Below, piece by piece: positions 21,968-31,347 of a stretch of DNA of 64,000 nucleotides (position 1 is the first letter of the stretch; each line of letters starts with the position of its first letter). Location: the sequence record SRR31156797_1270. One strand, written 5' to 3'. The notes under the pieces were generated by a model. The model was not told the DNA's origin. It was given only the letters and a program-made list of their open reading frames with translations, and did no database searches. Both the position numbers and the translations under genes were made by a program.

Positions 21968-22188
21968 TTAAACTCAATCTATTCTAAAGCTAAAAAAACG
22001 TTAATAAAATCACATTTTTCATATGGAGATAGATTGGGTTTAACAAAGTTTCAATACAAAAAAATGAAATAAAAAGCTTGACTCACTTAGTTGCGATCGC
22101 TGTTTTTTTAACCTTGTGAATAACGAATTCCCTTGTGTCAAAGACGCCACGGGGCTAACAACGAACTGCCTGTAATAAACCTTTTAAG

Positions 22189-22223
22189 TTATCCCAAAGC
22201 TTATCCACCGTTTTTGTGGATAA
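22189..22223. promoter_or_regulatory. Cluster of three DnaA boxes (DARS-like arrangement)
   Basis: TTATCCCAA (22189-97), TTATCCACC (22201-09) and inverted perfect box TGTGGATAA (22215-23) in an intergenic region. Confidence 0.65.
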
Positions 22224-22247
22224 CTTGTATAGTTACTCAAGGGATTG

Positions 22248-24686
22248 CTAATTAAATGCTTTATTTATAGGCACTAACAAACGCTTGATTAAACTGTTCA
22301 CCACTGCTGCTAATGTGCAAAACGTTAAAATAGGTAACACTATCCACATTACGTAGTGAGCGGTAGGTGAAAGCTCAAACCCAAATTTCATTACACTTGC
22401 TACAACTAAATCTGCACTAAAACTCGCAACGAGACCCGCTATGAGTGCCATTAGGCCATATTCTGACCATATGGTACTCGTAACACGTTTACGACTCGCT
22501 CCGAGTGTTCGATAAAGCCGAATCTCCTGCTGCCTTTGACTCAAACTCAAGCGCAACAGTGTGAAAATCAGTAGTATACCAGCAATGACACCCATTAGAG
22601 CAAGAACTGTAATTGACCAAACAATCTGAGTCAGTAACGTTTGTATTTTTTCGCCCATCACGCGGATATCCATAAGGCTCACTGTCGGATGGTTACGAGA
22701 TAACTGGGTCAATAAGTCATTGTGACGTTCTTCTACCCTAAAGCTCACCAACCATGATGCCGGAATGTTACTCATAACGTCACTGGTAAAAATAAAGTAG
22801 AAATTCGGCTTCATATCGCGCCACTCGACATGCCGTATTGTATTAACTGTTGCCGTAATCGATTGGCTGTTGATAACAAAAGTCAGTGAATCACCAATTT
22901 CTAATCCAAGATCATTGGCAACGTCTTGCTCAACAGAAACCCCTTGAGATTGAGTCCACTCGCCGTCTACTACATCGTTATAGACGGGTAACGTATCGCC
23001 CCAAGTAAAGTTCAGCTCTCTTCTTAACGCGTCACTGCTTCCCTCGCCGCCTTGTACGTACTCTTTGGCATCAGACCCGTTAATTTGTGATAAACGACCA
23101 CGGATAATTGGAAACGCCTCAGAACGCTCTATTTGTGCGTCATCAAGTGTTGTAAGGTACGCGTCTTTTTCATAATCCGCGATATTGAAAGCAAACGCAT
23201 TCGCAGCATTCGCCGGTAATGTGCGCTGCCAATCAGAAAGTAAATCCGTTCTCACCAACCACATGACAGCAAGCAGCATCAGCGATAATGATAATGCGCC
23301 AAACTGAATGCCGGTTGACATCGACGAGCGATTAATTCGACTTAATGCCAGCCTCATTGAGGTGCTAAGAGGCAATTTTGCCAAGGTTCGAGTCACGGCA
23401 ACACTGATCAGCGCTAGAACCAAGAACAGAGCCGTAATCCCCGCTAAAACGATCCAAACCAACTGATTTTGCCAATAAACCAATAAGGTTGGCACAACTG
23501 GAACGAGGATTAGTGCAATATTCCAGCGAGTTCGATTTTGCTTCTCTGTTTGTTGCATGACACTGGCTGCATTGACATTCAGTAGATGCCCTAACGGTAT
23601 GCCTAAAGCGGGTACCGCAATCAAAATACTTGAAACCAGTGCGACAACAGCAGGCTTTAAACCATAGCTAGGTAACGGAGTCGGCAGTAAATCAACCAAC
23701 GGTACCCGCAGTAAATACTCGAGTCCGATGCCAATCACAATTCCGGACACTGATGCGAACACAAACAGCAATGCAACCTGCGTGGTCAGCCAACGCGCAA
23801 TCCATGATTTACTTGCACCTAAACTCTTCAACATTGCGATCGTTCTTTGACGAGTCGATACATAATGCTGGCAAGTTAACACTAAGGTCGTTGCCGCCAT
23901 AATAATCACAATGGCAACCGTCAAAGACAGATATTGTTGAGTTCGCTCAAACACCTCATTGGTTCGACTCGCACTGTCTTGATCACGCCAGCGATCGCTC
24001 GGCGTTAGCTCAACCGATTGCTTCAATTTATCGATGACTGAATTCTCACCATTTATAAATAGCCGATATTGAACTCGGCTGCCTGGTTGGATAGCACCAG
24101 TTCGGTCAACGTCCGATTGATGAATAAAGACCGAAGGCATTTGTTGGAATGGGTTGAAGCTTAAACCCGGCTCTTCAACGATTCGGCCACTAATGGCAAA
24201 ATCAGCATCGCCAATAGTGACATTGTCACCAATCTTGACATCCAACTGATTAAACAAGCGCTCATCCAGCCACAGTTCATTTGCAGAAATACTGTCTTTG
24301 ATCGTTTGGCCGTTTGATAAACGCATTGCACCACGTAATGGATACTGGCTATCAATGGCCTTCACCGTGACTAACTTCATGCCGTTATCGCTAAATGCCA
24401 TCGTGCGAAAACGTGTCATCTTTGACGTTGGAATGTTATCTCGCTGCGTTAGGTCACTCAGTACCTGAGGAATTGCGTTTGCCGATACAAATACACTATC
24501 CGCCGTTAATGCATCTTTACCTTGCTTAACGATAACCTGTTCCATGCGATCAGCGAGTGCGGTCAAAGCAAAAACGCAAGCAATGATCAAAGTGAGAGCG
24601 ATAGAAATGGGCCAAAGTTGTCCATGACGAATTTCACTAAAGCTCCATCTAAACAGCCTTCGATTTAATGCAGAAGATTGGTTCAT
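22248..24686 (-). CDS. ybbP: ABC transporter permease, FtsX/MacB type (YbbP-like)
   Basis: Duplicated FtsX-like halves (IAMLKSLGAS; IRLYRTLGAS), ATGA overlap with upstream ATPase, synteny with tesA. Confidence 0.85.
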   Translation of the reverse strand: MNQSSALNRRLFRWSFSEIRHGQLWPISIALTLIIACVFALTALADRMEQVIVKQGKDALTADSVFVSANAIPQVLSDLTQRDNIPTSKMTRFRTMAFSDNGMKLVTVKAIDSQYPLRGAMRLSNGQTIKDSISANELWLDERLFNQLDVKIGDNVTIGDADFAISGRIVEEPGLSFNPFQQMPSVFIHQSDVDRTGAIQPGSRVQYRLFINGENSVIDKLKQSVELTPSDRWRDQDSASRTNEVFERTQQYLSLTVAIVIIMAATTLVLTCQHYVSTRQRTIAMLKSLGASKSWIARWLTTQVALLFVFASVSGIVIGIGLEYLLRVPLVDLLPTPLPSYGLKPAVVALVSSILIAVPALGIPLGHLLNVNAASVMQQTEKQNRTRWNIALILVPVVPTLLVYWQNQLVWIVLAGITALFLVLALISVAVTRTLAKLPLSTSMRLALSRINRSSMSTGIQFGALSLSLMLLAVMWLVRTDLLSDWQRTLPANAANAFAFNIADYEKDAYLTTLDDAQIERSEAFPIIRGRLSQINGSDAKEYVQGGEGSSDALRRELNFTWGDTLPVYNDVVDGEWTQSQGVSVEQDVANDLGLEIGDSLTFVINSQSITATVNTIRHVEWRDMKPNFYFIFTSDVMSNIPASWLVSFRVEERHNDLLTQLSRNHPTVSLMDIRVMGEKIQTLLTQIVWSITVLALMGVIAGILLIFTLLRLSLSQRQQEIRLYRTLGASRKRVTSTIWSEYGLMALIAGLVASFSADLVVASVMKFGFELSPTAHYVMWIVLPILTFCTLAAVVNSLIKRLLVPINKAFN
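24217..24229. promoter_or_regulatory. matS-like MatP binding site
   Basis: GTGACATTGTCAC, exact match to consensus GTGACRNYGTCAC, inside a CDS. Confidence 0.55.
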
Positions 24687-25360
24687 ACTTTCTCCTCCAA
24701 TAAACCAGCATTCATGTGAAATCGACGCTGACATCTGGCGGCTAAAGCCGGATCATGAGTAACCAACACCAATGTAGTACCATGTTGCTGGTTAAGATCG
24801 AACAGTAAGTCGATCACTTTGGCTGCTGTCTCTTGATCTAAATTACCCGTAGGCTCATCAGCAAACAGGACTTGTGGGCTAATCATAAACGCCCTCGCTA
24901 ACGCGACACGCTGCTGCTCCCCACCCGATAACTGTGCCGGTGAGTGATGAATACGATGCTCTAACCCGACAGACTTCAACAGCTCTTTGGCTCTGTCCTC
25001 ATTTTCTTCTTCCCCCTTGAGTAAACAAGGCAAAGTGACATTTTCTAACGCGGATAAGCTAGGAATTAGCAGAAAGCTTTGAAAGACAAATCCCACCGAC
25101 TGGCTACGAATCGCCGCTCTAGCCTCATCATCTAACTCTGATAACGCTTTACCGAGCAGGCGTACCTCACCGTTAGTGGGCGTATCTAATCCTGCCAGCA
25201 ATGTCATCAACGTTGACTTCCCTGCTCCAGAAGTGCCAACAATCGCGACACTCTCTCCCTGATGAATATCGAGATTCACATCTTTTAGGATTGTTAATTG
25301 TTCTTGATTAGTAGAGACTACCTTAGATAAAAACTGTGCTGAGATAACGGATGTTTGCAT
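24683..25360 (-). CDS. ybbA: ABC transporter ATP-binding protein (YbbA-like)
   Basis: GTSGAGKST, LSGGEQQRVALARA, LFADEPTGNLD, VTHD; start placed at MQTSVIS. Confidence 0.88.
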   Translation of the reverse strand: MQTSVISAQFLSKVVSTNQEQLTILKDVNLDIHQGESVAIVGTSGAGKSTLMTLLAGLDTPTNGEVRLLGKALSELDDEARAAIRSQSVGFVFQSFLLIPSLSALENVTLPCLLKGEEENEDRAKELLKSVGLEHRIHHSPAQLSGGEQQRVALARAFMISPQVLFADEPTGNLDQETAAKVIDLLFDLNQQHGTTLVLVTHDPALAARCQRRFHMNAGLLEEKV

Positions 25361-25958
25361 GACGAGACTACTTTCCTTGATTCTTGTTTTATTCTTTTCT
25401 ACCCATGCTAGTAGTAACACATTGTTAGTACTAGGTGATAGTTTAAGTGCTGGCTATAACATGTCTATTGAACAAGCTTGGCCCAATTTGCTTGGCGATG
25501 CACTAAAAGGCAAAGGAAAATCTGTAACAGTAATTAACGGCAGTATCTCGGGTGATACAACGGGCAATGGCCTGGCACGCCTTCCCTCGCTACTTTCAGA
25601 ACATCAACCTGATACGGTACTAATCGAATTGGGGGCTAACGACGGTTTAAGAGGCTTCCCGCCAAACGTCATCGACAACAATTTACGTACCATAATTGAC
25701 CAAATCGAAGCACAAAACGGTCAAGCTATCTTGATGCAAATTCGGATTCCACCCAATTATGGCAAACGATACAGTGATGCCGTATCTATGTTGTACCCAA
25801 AGATTGCAGAAGAGCGTTCAATCCCACTGGTACCTTTCTTCTTAGAACAAGTTATTGTAAAGCCAGAATGGATGCTGGCAGACGGACTACACCCAAAAGC
25901 TGAAGCTCAGCCTTGGATTGCTAACTTTATAGCTGACCATCTCGCTCCTCTACTTTAG
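25359..25958 (+). CDS. tesA: Arylesterase / acyl-CoA thioesterase I (SGNH hydrolase)
   Basis: Signal peptide, GDSLS, SGDTT, ELGANDG, DGLHP. Confidence 0.92.
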   Translation: MTRLLSLILVLFFSTHASSNTLLVLGDSLSAGYNMSIEQAWPNLLGDALKGKGKSVTVINGSISGDTTGNGLARLPSLLSEHQPDTVLIELGANDGLRGFPPNVIDNNLRTIIDQIEAQNGQAILMQIRIPPNYGKRYSDAVSMLYPKIAEERSIPLVPFFLEQVIVKPEWMLADGLHPKAEAQPWIANFIADHLAPLL

Positions 25959-26119
25959 CTTTGTGAATATGGCATTGATGGCAACCACCATCATCAATAC
26001 AAAAAATATACAATAATTCAAATCATTATATAAAACTGAACTTTTGATGCCCCAGCTCAAAAAAAAAGTGGGGGCTTTAAGGTATTGTGAGCGCTTCCGT
26101 GGACGAGAAGGTAACAACA

Positions 26120-27319
26120 ATGCTCATAACCCCCGTAATTCAGGGTGTAGTATCTCGTACTGCACACCCTTATGGTTGCGAACAAGCGATTTTAAAACAA
26201 ATACAATACGTTAAATCTGCTTCCCCGATTAAAAATGGCCCTAAACGCGTGTTAATTCTTGGTGCTTCTTCCGGCTTTGGCCTGGCTGCACGTATTGCTT
26301 TAACGTTTGGTGGCGCTAACGCTGACACGATTGGTGTGTCAATGGAACGAGGTCCGTCTGATAAAGGCGTCGGAAGCGCTGGCTATTACAATAACCACTT
26401 CTTTAAACACTATGCCGAACAAAACGGTCATACTGCCGTAAATATCAACGGTGATGTGTTTTCACAAGAAGTTCGAGAGCAAGTTATTGAAGCAATAGAA
26501 ACCTATTTTGAAGGCGAAGTCGATCTGGTTATCTATAGCATTGCAAGTGGCATGCGCCGCAAAGGTGACAGCGAAGAATTTTGGCGTTCTGCAATAAAAC
26601 CCATCGGCGATGCAGTATCGGGTTCAACGATTGTTTTAGAAAATGATCAGTGGGTCGACGCCACTCTCGAGCCTGCTTCTGACGAAGAAATCGATAGCAC
26701 GATAAAAGTGATGGGCGGAGAAGATTGGGAAAACTGGATTGATACCTTAATCAATGCTGATTCGATTGCTGAAGGCTGTAAAACCATTGCGTTTTCTTAC
26801 ATTGGCCCAGAAGTCACCCATCCTATTTATCTCGATGGTACGCTTGGTTACGCCAAAGTCGATTTGCACCAAACAAGCCATTCACTGAACCTTAAATTGG
26901 CTAACTATGACGGTGGTGCTTATGCCTCTGTATGTAAAGCTCTCGTGACGAAAGCCAGTGTTTTCATTCCAGGGTTAAGCCCATATATTCTTGCGCTTTA
27001 TAAAGTCATGAAAGAGAAAGGCACACACGAAGGTTGTATCGAACAGATGCAGCGGCTGTTTAGTGAGAAGTTGTACCTTGGAGAAGGCCAAGTAACGCCG
27101 GTTGATAACGAACGTCTGATCCGTATGGATGATCTGGAGTTGGATGCCGATACACAACAACGCGTATCTCAACTGCTTAGCGAAATGAATGCCGACAACT
27201 TTGCTCAAATTGGTGACTATCAAGGATTTAAGCAGGAGTTTCTAAACTTAAATGGCTTCGGCTTTGATAGTATTGACTACTCTGAACAAGTCGATCTTGC
27301 ACCTTTTATAGCAGAATAA
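26120..27319 (+). CDS. fabV: Enoyl-ACP reductase FabV / trans-2-enoyl-CoA reductase
   Basis: AHPYGC, GPKRVLILGASSGFGLA, VMGGEDW, KALVTKAS, THEGCIEQ. Confidence 0.9.
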   Translation: MLITPVIQGVVSRTAHPYGCEQAILKQIQYVKSASPIKNGPKRVLILGASSGFGLAARIALTFGGANADTIGVSMERGPSDKGVGSAGYYNNHFFKHYAEQNGHTAVNINGDVFSQEVREQVIEAIETYFEGEVDLVIYSIASGMRRKGDSEEFWRSAIKPIGDAVSGSTIVLENDQWVDATLEPASDEEIDSTIKVMGGEDWENWIDTLINADSIAEGCKTIAFSYIGPEVTHPIYLDGTLGYAKVDLHQTSHSLNLKLANYDGGAYASVCKALVTKASVFIPGLSPYILALYKVMKEKGTHEGCIEQMQRLFSEKLYLGEGQVTPVDNERLIRMDDLELDADTQQRVSQLLSEMNADNFAQIGDYQGFKQEFLNLNGFGFDSIDYSEQVDLAPFIAE

Positions 27320-27363
27320 CCCGAGCAATATCCAACCAGATTGACAAATCACGCCTAGCTGCC

Positions 27364-27395
27364 AAAACTGTACTCCAATAAAGAGTACAGTTTTT
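27364..27395 (+). terminator. Intrinsic terminator after fabV
   Basis: AAAACTGTACTC-CAATAAA-GAGTACAGTTTTT. Confidence 0.75.
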
Positions 27396-27474
27396 GTTTA
27401 TAACAGCTTTACTCATATAGTAGGGCTTCCTATAATCGCCCCCCTTTAATTCTTTCTCAACTCCAAGAGCAAAC

Positions 27475-29133
27475 GTGATGGATGTGTTAACCGCTAAACT
27501 GAAAAAACTTGAAAAGCAAAACTACCGTGCTTATCAGCAAATAAAAGGTCAGTATGACTTCGGTGACTACAACCTATTTATCGAACATGTTCAGTCCGAT
27601 CCTTACGCTTCCCCTTCACGTTTAAGAGCGACAAGAGCATGGTCGTTAACCGGGCTATCATGGCTAAAAGACAGATCAACAGCATATCAAATCGCGGCAC
27701 GTGATTTTATCGCCCGATCGTTTGCTGAATTTGCCAAACAAGAAAACGCCATCACCATCCAGCTTACTGGACAAACGGTACTTGATAGCACTTCAGTACT
27801 GTTTAGCGAAGAAGGAATAGAGCTACGCTTTCGTATGTCTCTGCCAGCAGAAGGCCGAGATATCTTGGCTAAAAAAGCACTGAACATCCTAACTTTCCAT
27901 CTTCCAAAAATGATTCGCAAAGCGACGCTTGAACGAGAACTCGATATCCAAGCGTTAAAACTTCACTGTGAAACCATTGAAGATCAAGAAGCCTTGCGTA
28001 CTCAGCTTGCTGACAACAACTTAGTCGCTTTTATTGCCAATGGAAGTATTCTTCCGCGTATTGCCGGTAACTGTGACCTTCCAATGAAAGACGCCGTTGC
28101 TTTCCAAACACCGAGTGAGCTGGAAACCGTGTTAAACACACCAAATAAGGGTGAAGTAAGTGGTTTGGGTATTCGCAAAGGCATAACCTTAATTGTTGGT
28201 GGCGGATTTCACGGAAAATCGACGCTACTGACTGCCGTAGAACGCTCTATCTACAATCACATCCCAGGTGATGGCAGAGAAGGTATCGTTACTGATCCGA
28301 ACGCAATGAAAATTCGCGCTGAAGATGGCCGATGTGTTCACAACTTAAATCTGTCGAACTACATTAACCACCTACCGATGGGAAAAGATACCCAGGACTT
28401 CACAACGCAAGACGCTTCTGGTTCAACGTCTCAAGCCGCTTGGCTTCAAGAATCGATTGAATCGGGGGCAACGACCTTACTGATTGATGAAGATACGTCC
28501 GCCACTAACTTCATGATTCGTGATGAACGAATGCAAGCATTAGTCACTAAAGGCGACGAGCCCATCACACCACTCGTTGATAGAATCGGCCAATTGCGCG
28601 ATCAAATGGACATATCGAGCCTCATCGTAATGGGCGGTTCGGGCGACTATCTCGATGTAGCAGATACCGTGATTCAAATGCATGATTTTCAAGCGGTTGA
28701 TGTGACAGCTAAAGCTCGAGAAGTGATTGCGCTGCACCCAACTGAACGCAAAAACGAATGTGAAACACCTTTAGTTGAGCATTCACCACGCTCTCTTAAC
28801 TGCATGGCTCTGCAAACGTTACTTGCCGATGGTAAATTCCGCGTATCCGCCAAAGGCATTGAATCTTTACGCTTCGGTAAAGAGTTCACAGACCTGACCG
28901 CCCTTGAACAGATTGAATCGCCATCTGAAATCAACGCGATTGGCTGGCTATGGTTCCAAATTGCTCAAAAGGCTGGCTGGTCAAATAACCCAGCGAACGA
29001 TTTCGCTTCAATGCTCAATGACGATTGGCACCTAACAATGCCAAATAATGGAGATTTAGCGAAACCTCGTGTTCTCGATGCAATGGCAGCTTTAAACCGC
29101 ATGCGTAAAGCTAAATTCAAAAGCGGCAAATAA
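27475..29133 (+). CDS. Stand-alone ABC-class ATPase-domain protein (MRB1590-like family)
   Basis: HVQSDPYASPS, Walker A GGGFHGKST, KIRAEDGR, ASGSTSQAA, LLIDEDTSATNFMIRD; no TM segments. Confidence 0.85.
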   Translation: MMDVLTAKLKKLEKQNYRAYQQIKGQYDFGDYNLFIEHVQSDPYASPSRLRATRAWSLTGLSWLKDRSTAYQIAARDFIARSFAEFAKQENAITIQLTGQTVLDSTSVLFSEEGIELRFRMSLPAEGRDILAKKALNILTFHLPKMIRKATLERELDIQALKLHCETIEDQEALRTQLADNNLVAFIANGSILPRIAGNCDLPMKDAVAFQTPSELETVLNTPNKGEVSGLGIRKGITLIVGGGFHGKSTLLTAVERSIYNHIPGDGREGIVTDPNAMKIRAEDGRCVHNLNLSNYINHLPMGKDTQDFTTQDASGSTSQAAWLQESIESGATTLLIDEDTSATNFMIRDERMQALVTKGDEPITPLVDRIGQLRDQMDISSLIVMGGSGDYLDVADTVIQMHDFQAVDVTAKAREVIALHPTERKNECETPLVEHSPRSLNCMALQTLLADGKFRVSAKGIESLRFGKEFTDLTALEQIESPSEINAIGWLWFQIAQKAGWSNNPANDFASMLNDDWHLTMPNNGDLAKPRVLDAMAALNRMRKAKFKSGK

Positions 29134-29140
29134 GTAAAAC

Positions 29141-29173
29141 AAGAAAACAGCGCAAACATTGCGCTGTTTTCTT
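29141..29173. terminator. Bidirectional intrinsic terminator
   Basis: AAGAAAACAGCGCAA-ACA-TTGCGCTGTTTTCTT. Confidence 0.85.
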
Positions 29174-29200
29174 ATCTAGACGCTAAAATGCAGAAAAGTG

Positions 29201-29827
29201 TTATGCCTCCTGACGCAGCACATTCCAGGCCTCGCACAAAATACGAAAGCGTTCTGCGTCTCCATTGTCTCTGTCAGGATGCCATCTCAATGCCAACTTA
29301 CGCCACGTTTTTCTGATTTCAAAATAAGAGGCATCGGGCTGTAACTCAAACAGCTCTAACGCCTGAGTACGGTCAAGCCCCTTATCACTAACATTGCCAC
29401 CCACAAATTTTCTGTAACGTTTCCAGAACTCGTTGAGTAACCGTTTCACTTCGCCTTCACTCGCTTCATAGTGACTCCACTGGCAATAATACTCGCGCAG
29501 TGGGTCTTCGATATCGATTGTATGCGAAGCGGTGCGAAACATAGGCATGAGTACGATATCCATCGCTTCTACTTGCAACCACTGTTTAGGATAGAGTGTT
29601 TCCTGCAATTGGTAGAGCGCGTTCATAATCAGAAAGTTGCGTTTAAACAAATCTTTTTCCGGTAACTCATCCAATATTGGCATGAGTTCTAAATCACTTA
29701 AATGAGCGGCCAATGTATGTACTTTCCATCCAGAAGGCTGACGTTTTAAGACTTCTAAAATCGGCCACAGTAATGGATTTTCCACATAGTGCTGTGTGTT
29801 TGCAGTCAGTTGCTGTGCATCCGTCAT
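29201..29827 (-). CDS. DnaJ-related protein with C-terminal J-domain
   Basis: LFKRNFLIMNALYQLQ N-terminal domain; J-domain with HPD (LALRWHPDR). Confidence 0.85.
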   Translation of the reverse strand: MTDAQQLTANTQHYVENPLLWPILEVLKRQPSGWKVHTLAAHLSDLELMPILDELPEKDLFKRNFLIMNALYQLQETLYPKQWLQVEAMDIVLMPMFRTASHTIDIEDPLREYYCQWSHYEASEGEVKRLLNEFWKRYRKFVGGNVSDKGLDRTQALELFELQPDASYFEIRKTWRKLALRWHPDRDNGDAERFRILCEAWNVLRQEA

Positions 29828-30036
29828 GTCGTATCTCTTTATCTTCCCTCCTTTTATTCAAATCTAATACTATGATTTTGTCGAGAAAGATTATGACGAA
29901 AGAATCAGGGCTTTGACTTGTATTCAAAGTTACAGCTCGATGACATCGATAAATTTGAAGTAGCGCACCACAATTGAACGCTGTTCATAATTATGGCAGC
30001 ATACTAAATATCGTTTAACTATTGGCATTCATTAAC

Positions 30037-30645
30037 ATGAAAATACCAAACATTCTCAAAAGCCTCACGCTTGGCTATGTCGCTATATTTATATTCGCCG
30101 CTATTTCTCCGGTATCCAGAGCGGTATGGATAGCAGAAATCATCCCTGTTGTTTTGTTCTTAGGCTTGGTGTGGTGGATATCAATTAAACACCCGTTAAG
30201 TAAAACAGCGTATTTACTGCTCTTTGTGTGGATAGTCATGCATACCATTGGTTCAAAATATACCTTTGCAGAAGTCCCGTTTGACTGGTTTAACACCCTA
30301 ATCGGCTCGGAACGAAACAACTACGATCGAGTCGCGCATTTTTCTATCGGATTTTATGCATACGCTATAGCTGAATTACTGATTCGCAATCATTCAGCGA
30401 AACCTTGGTTAGCCAAAACGTTTGCCCTATTTTCGATCATGAGCTTAGCTGCAGGATACGAGATCATTGAATGGTGGTACGCAGAACTCGCCGGAGGCGA
30501 CGAAGGTATCGCGTTTCTTGGCTCACAAGGTGATATCTGGGATGCGCAAAAAGATATGCTGTGCGACACGCTAGGGGCTGTCTCGGCACTAACCATAATG
30601 AAGGTTCAAATGGCGATCAACCCTACTCGATTTACGATTGAGTAG
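30037..30645 (+). CDS. DUF2238 / YjdF-family inner membrane protein
   Basis: YTFAEVP, RNNYDRVAHF, YEIIEWW, FLGSQGDIWDAQKDM. Confidence 0.85.
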   Translation: MKIPNILKSLTLGYVAIFIFAAISPVSRAVWIAEIIPVVLFLGLVWWISIKHPLSKTAYLLLFVWIVMHTIGSKYTFAEVPFDWFNTLIGSERNNYDRVAHFSIGFYAYAIAELLIRNHSAKPWLAKTFALFSIMSLAAGYEIIEWWYAELAGGDEGIAFLGSQGDIWDAQKDMLCDTLGAVSALTIMKVQMAINPTRFTIE

Positions 30646-30952
30646 TATTTCGAATCCACTCTAGGTACGGAGCAAAACCGTCAACAATCGGCACCTGTAT
30701 AACTTGAGGCACATCATAATTATGGTGTGCCTCTATCAGTTTAGATACCTGAGAGTAATGCTTAGTCAGCGTCTTAATGCTAATTAATATCTCTTGGTCG
30801 TGACACACTCTGTCTTGCCATATGTAATGGCTTTCAATCGGAAAAGTTTGAATACAAGCCGCCAATTTATTGGACAAGATTTCACTAATCAATTTCTGCT
30901 TAACGGCCTCGCTATCTGTGGTTGTTAACACAACACAATAATCATTTGCCAC
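30632..30952 (-). CDS. cutA: Divalent-cation tolerance protein CutA
   Basis: VVLTTT, KLAACIQ, SHYIWQD, HNYDVPQVI; probable GTG start. Confidence 0.9.
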   Translation of the reverse strand: MANDYCVVLTTTDSEAVKQKLISEILSNKLAACIQTFPIESHYIWQDRVCHDQEILISIKTLTKHYSQVSKLIEAHHNYDVPQVIQVPIVDGFAPYLEWIRNTTQS

Positions 30953-31121
30953 CTTAACTTCCTTACTAATCAATAATTTTATCTGGATAATGATGTCAAC
31001 AAGGATAACTTATAGATTTATGAATTGACTCTCAAAATTACAAGTTTTCATACAAATTTAACCATCACCAACCAACATTCCGTATATCCTGTATGTAAAA
31101 CAAACAACAATAATAATTGCT

Positions 31122-31331
31122 ATGAAAAACAGAGAATGTGCTGACAAAATGATTGAATGCTGCCCTTTATGTCAAAGTGATGAATTTTTAATTTCAGATA
31201 ATGATGAGAAGTTCATTTGTGGACAATGTGGCTTTATCACTAACCAATTGAGTGAGGTACATGCTCAATTGTCACCTCCAAACGTTAAGCTTGGTCGTTA
31301 CATCCATCTAGCTCAAAGCACGATGCATTAG
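31122..31331 (+). CDS. Small zinc-ribbon protein
   Basis: CPLC...CGQC double-knuckle motif; own intergenic slot. Confidence 0.6.
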   Translation: MKNRECADKMIECCPLCQSDEFLISDNDEKFICGQCGFITNQLSEVHAQLSPPNVKLGRYIHLAQSTMH

Positions 31332-31347
31332 TGTTTTCGGTAAACTT

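Noticed and set aside
26012-26030. Fur-box-like AATAATTCAAATCATTATA upstream of fabV
   Set aside because: 14/19 match in a very AT-rich spacer with no iron-related context; not distinguishable from chance
26049-26075. Hairpin with an A9 loop upstream of fabV as a phase-variation tract
   Set aside because: Short homopolymer, imperfect stem, and no evidence of length variation from a single sequence
27368-27390. CTGTAC...GTACAG as an SOS box
   Set aside because: Spacing too long; better explained as the fabV terminator stem
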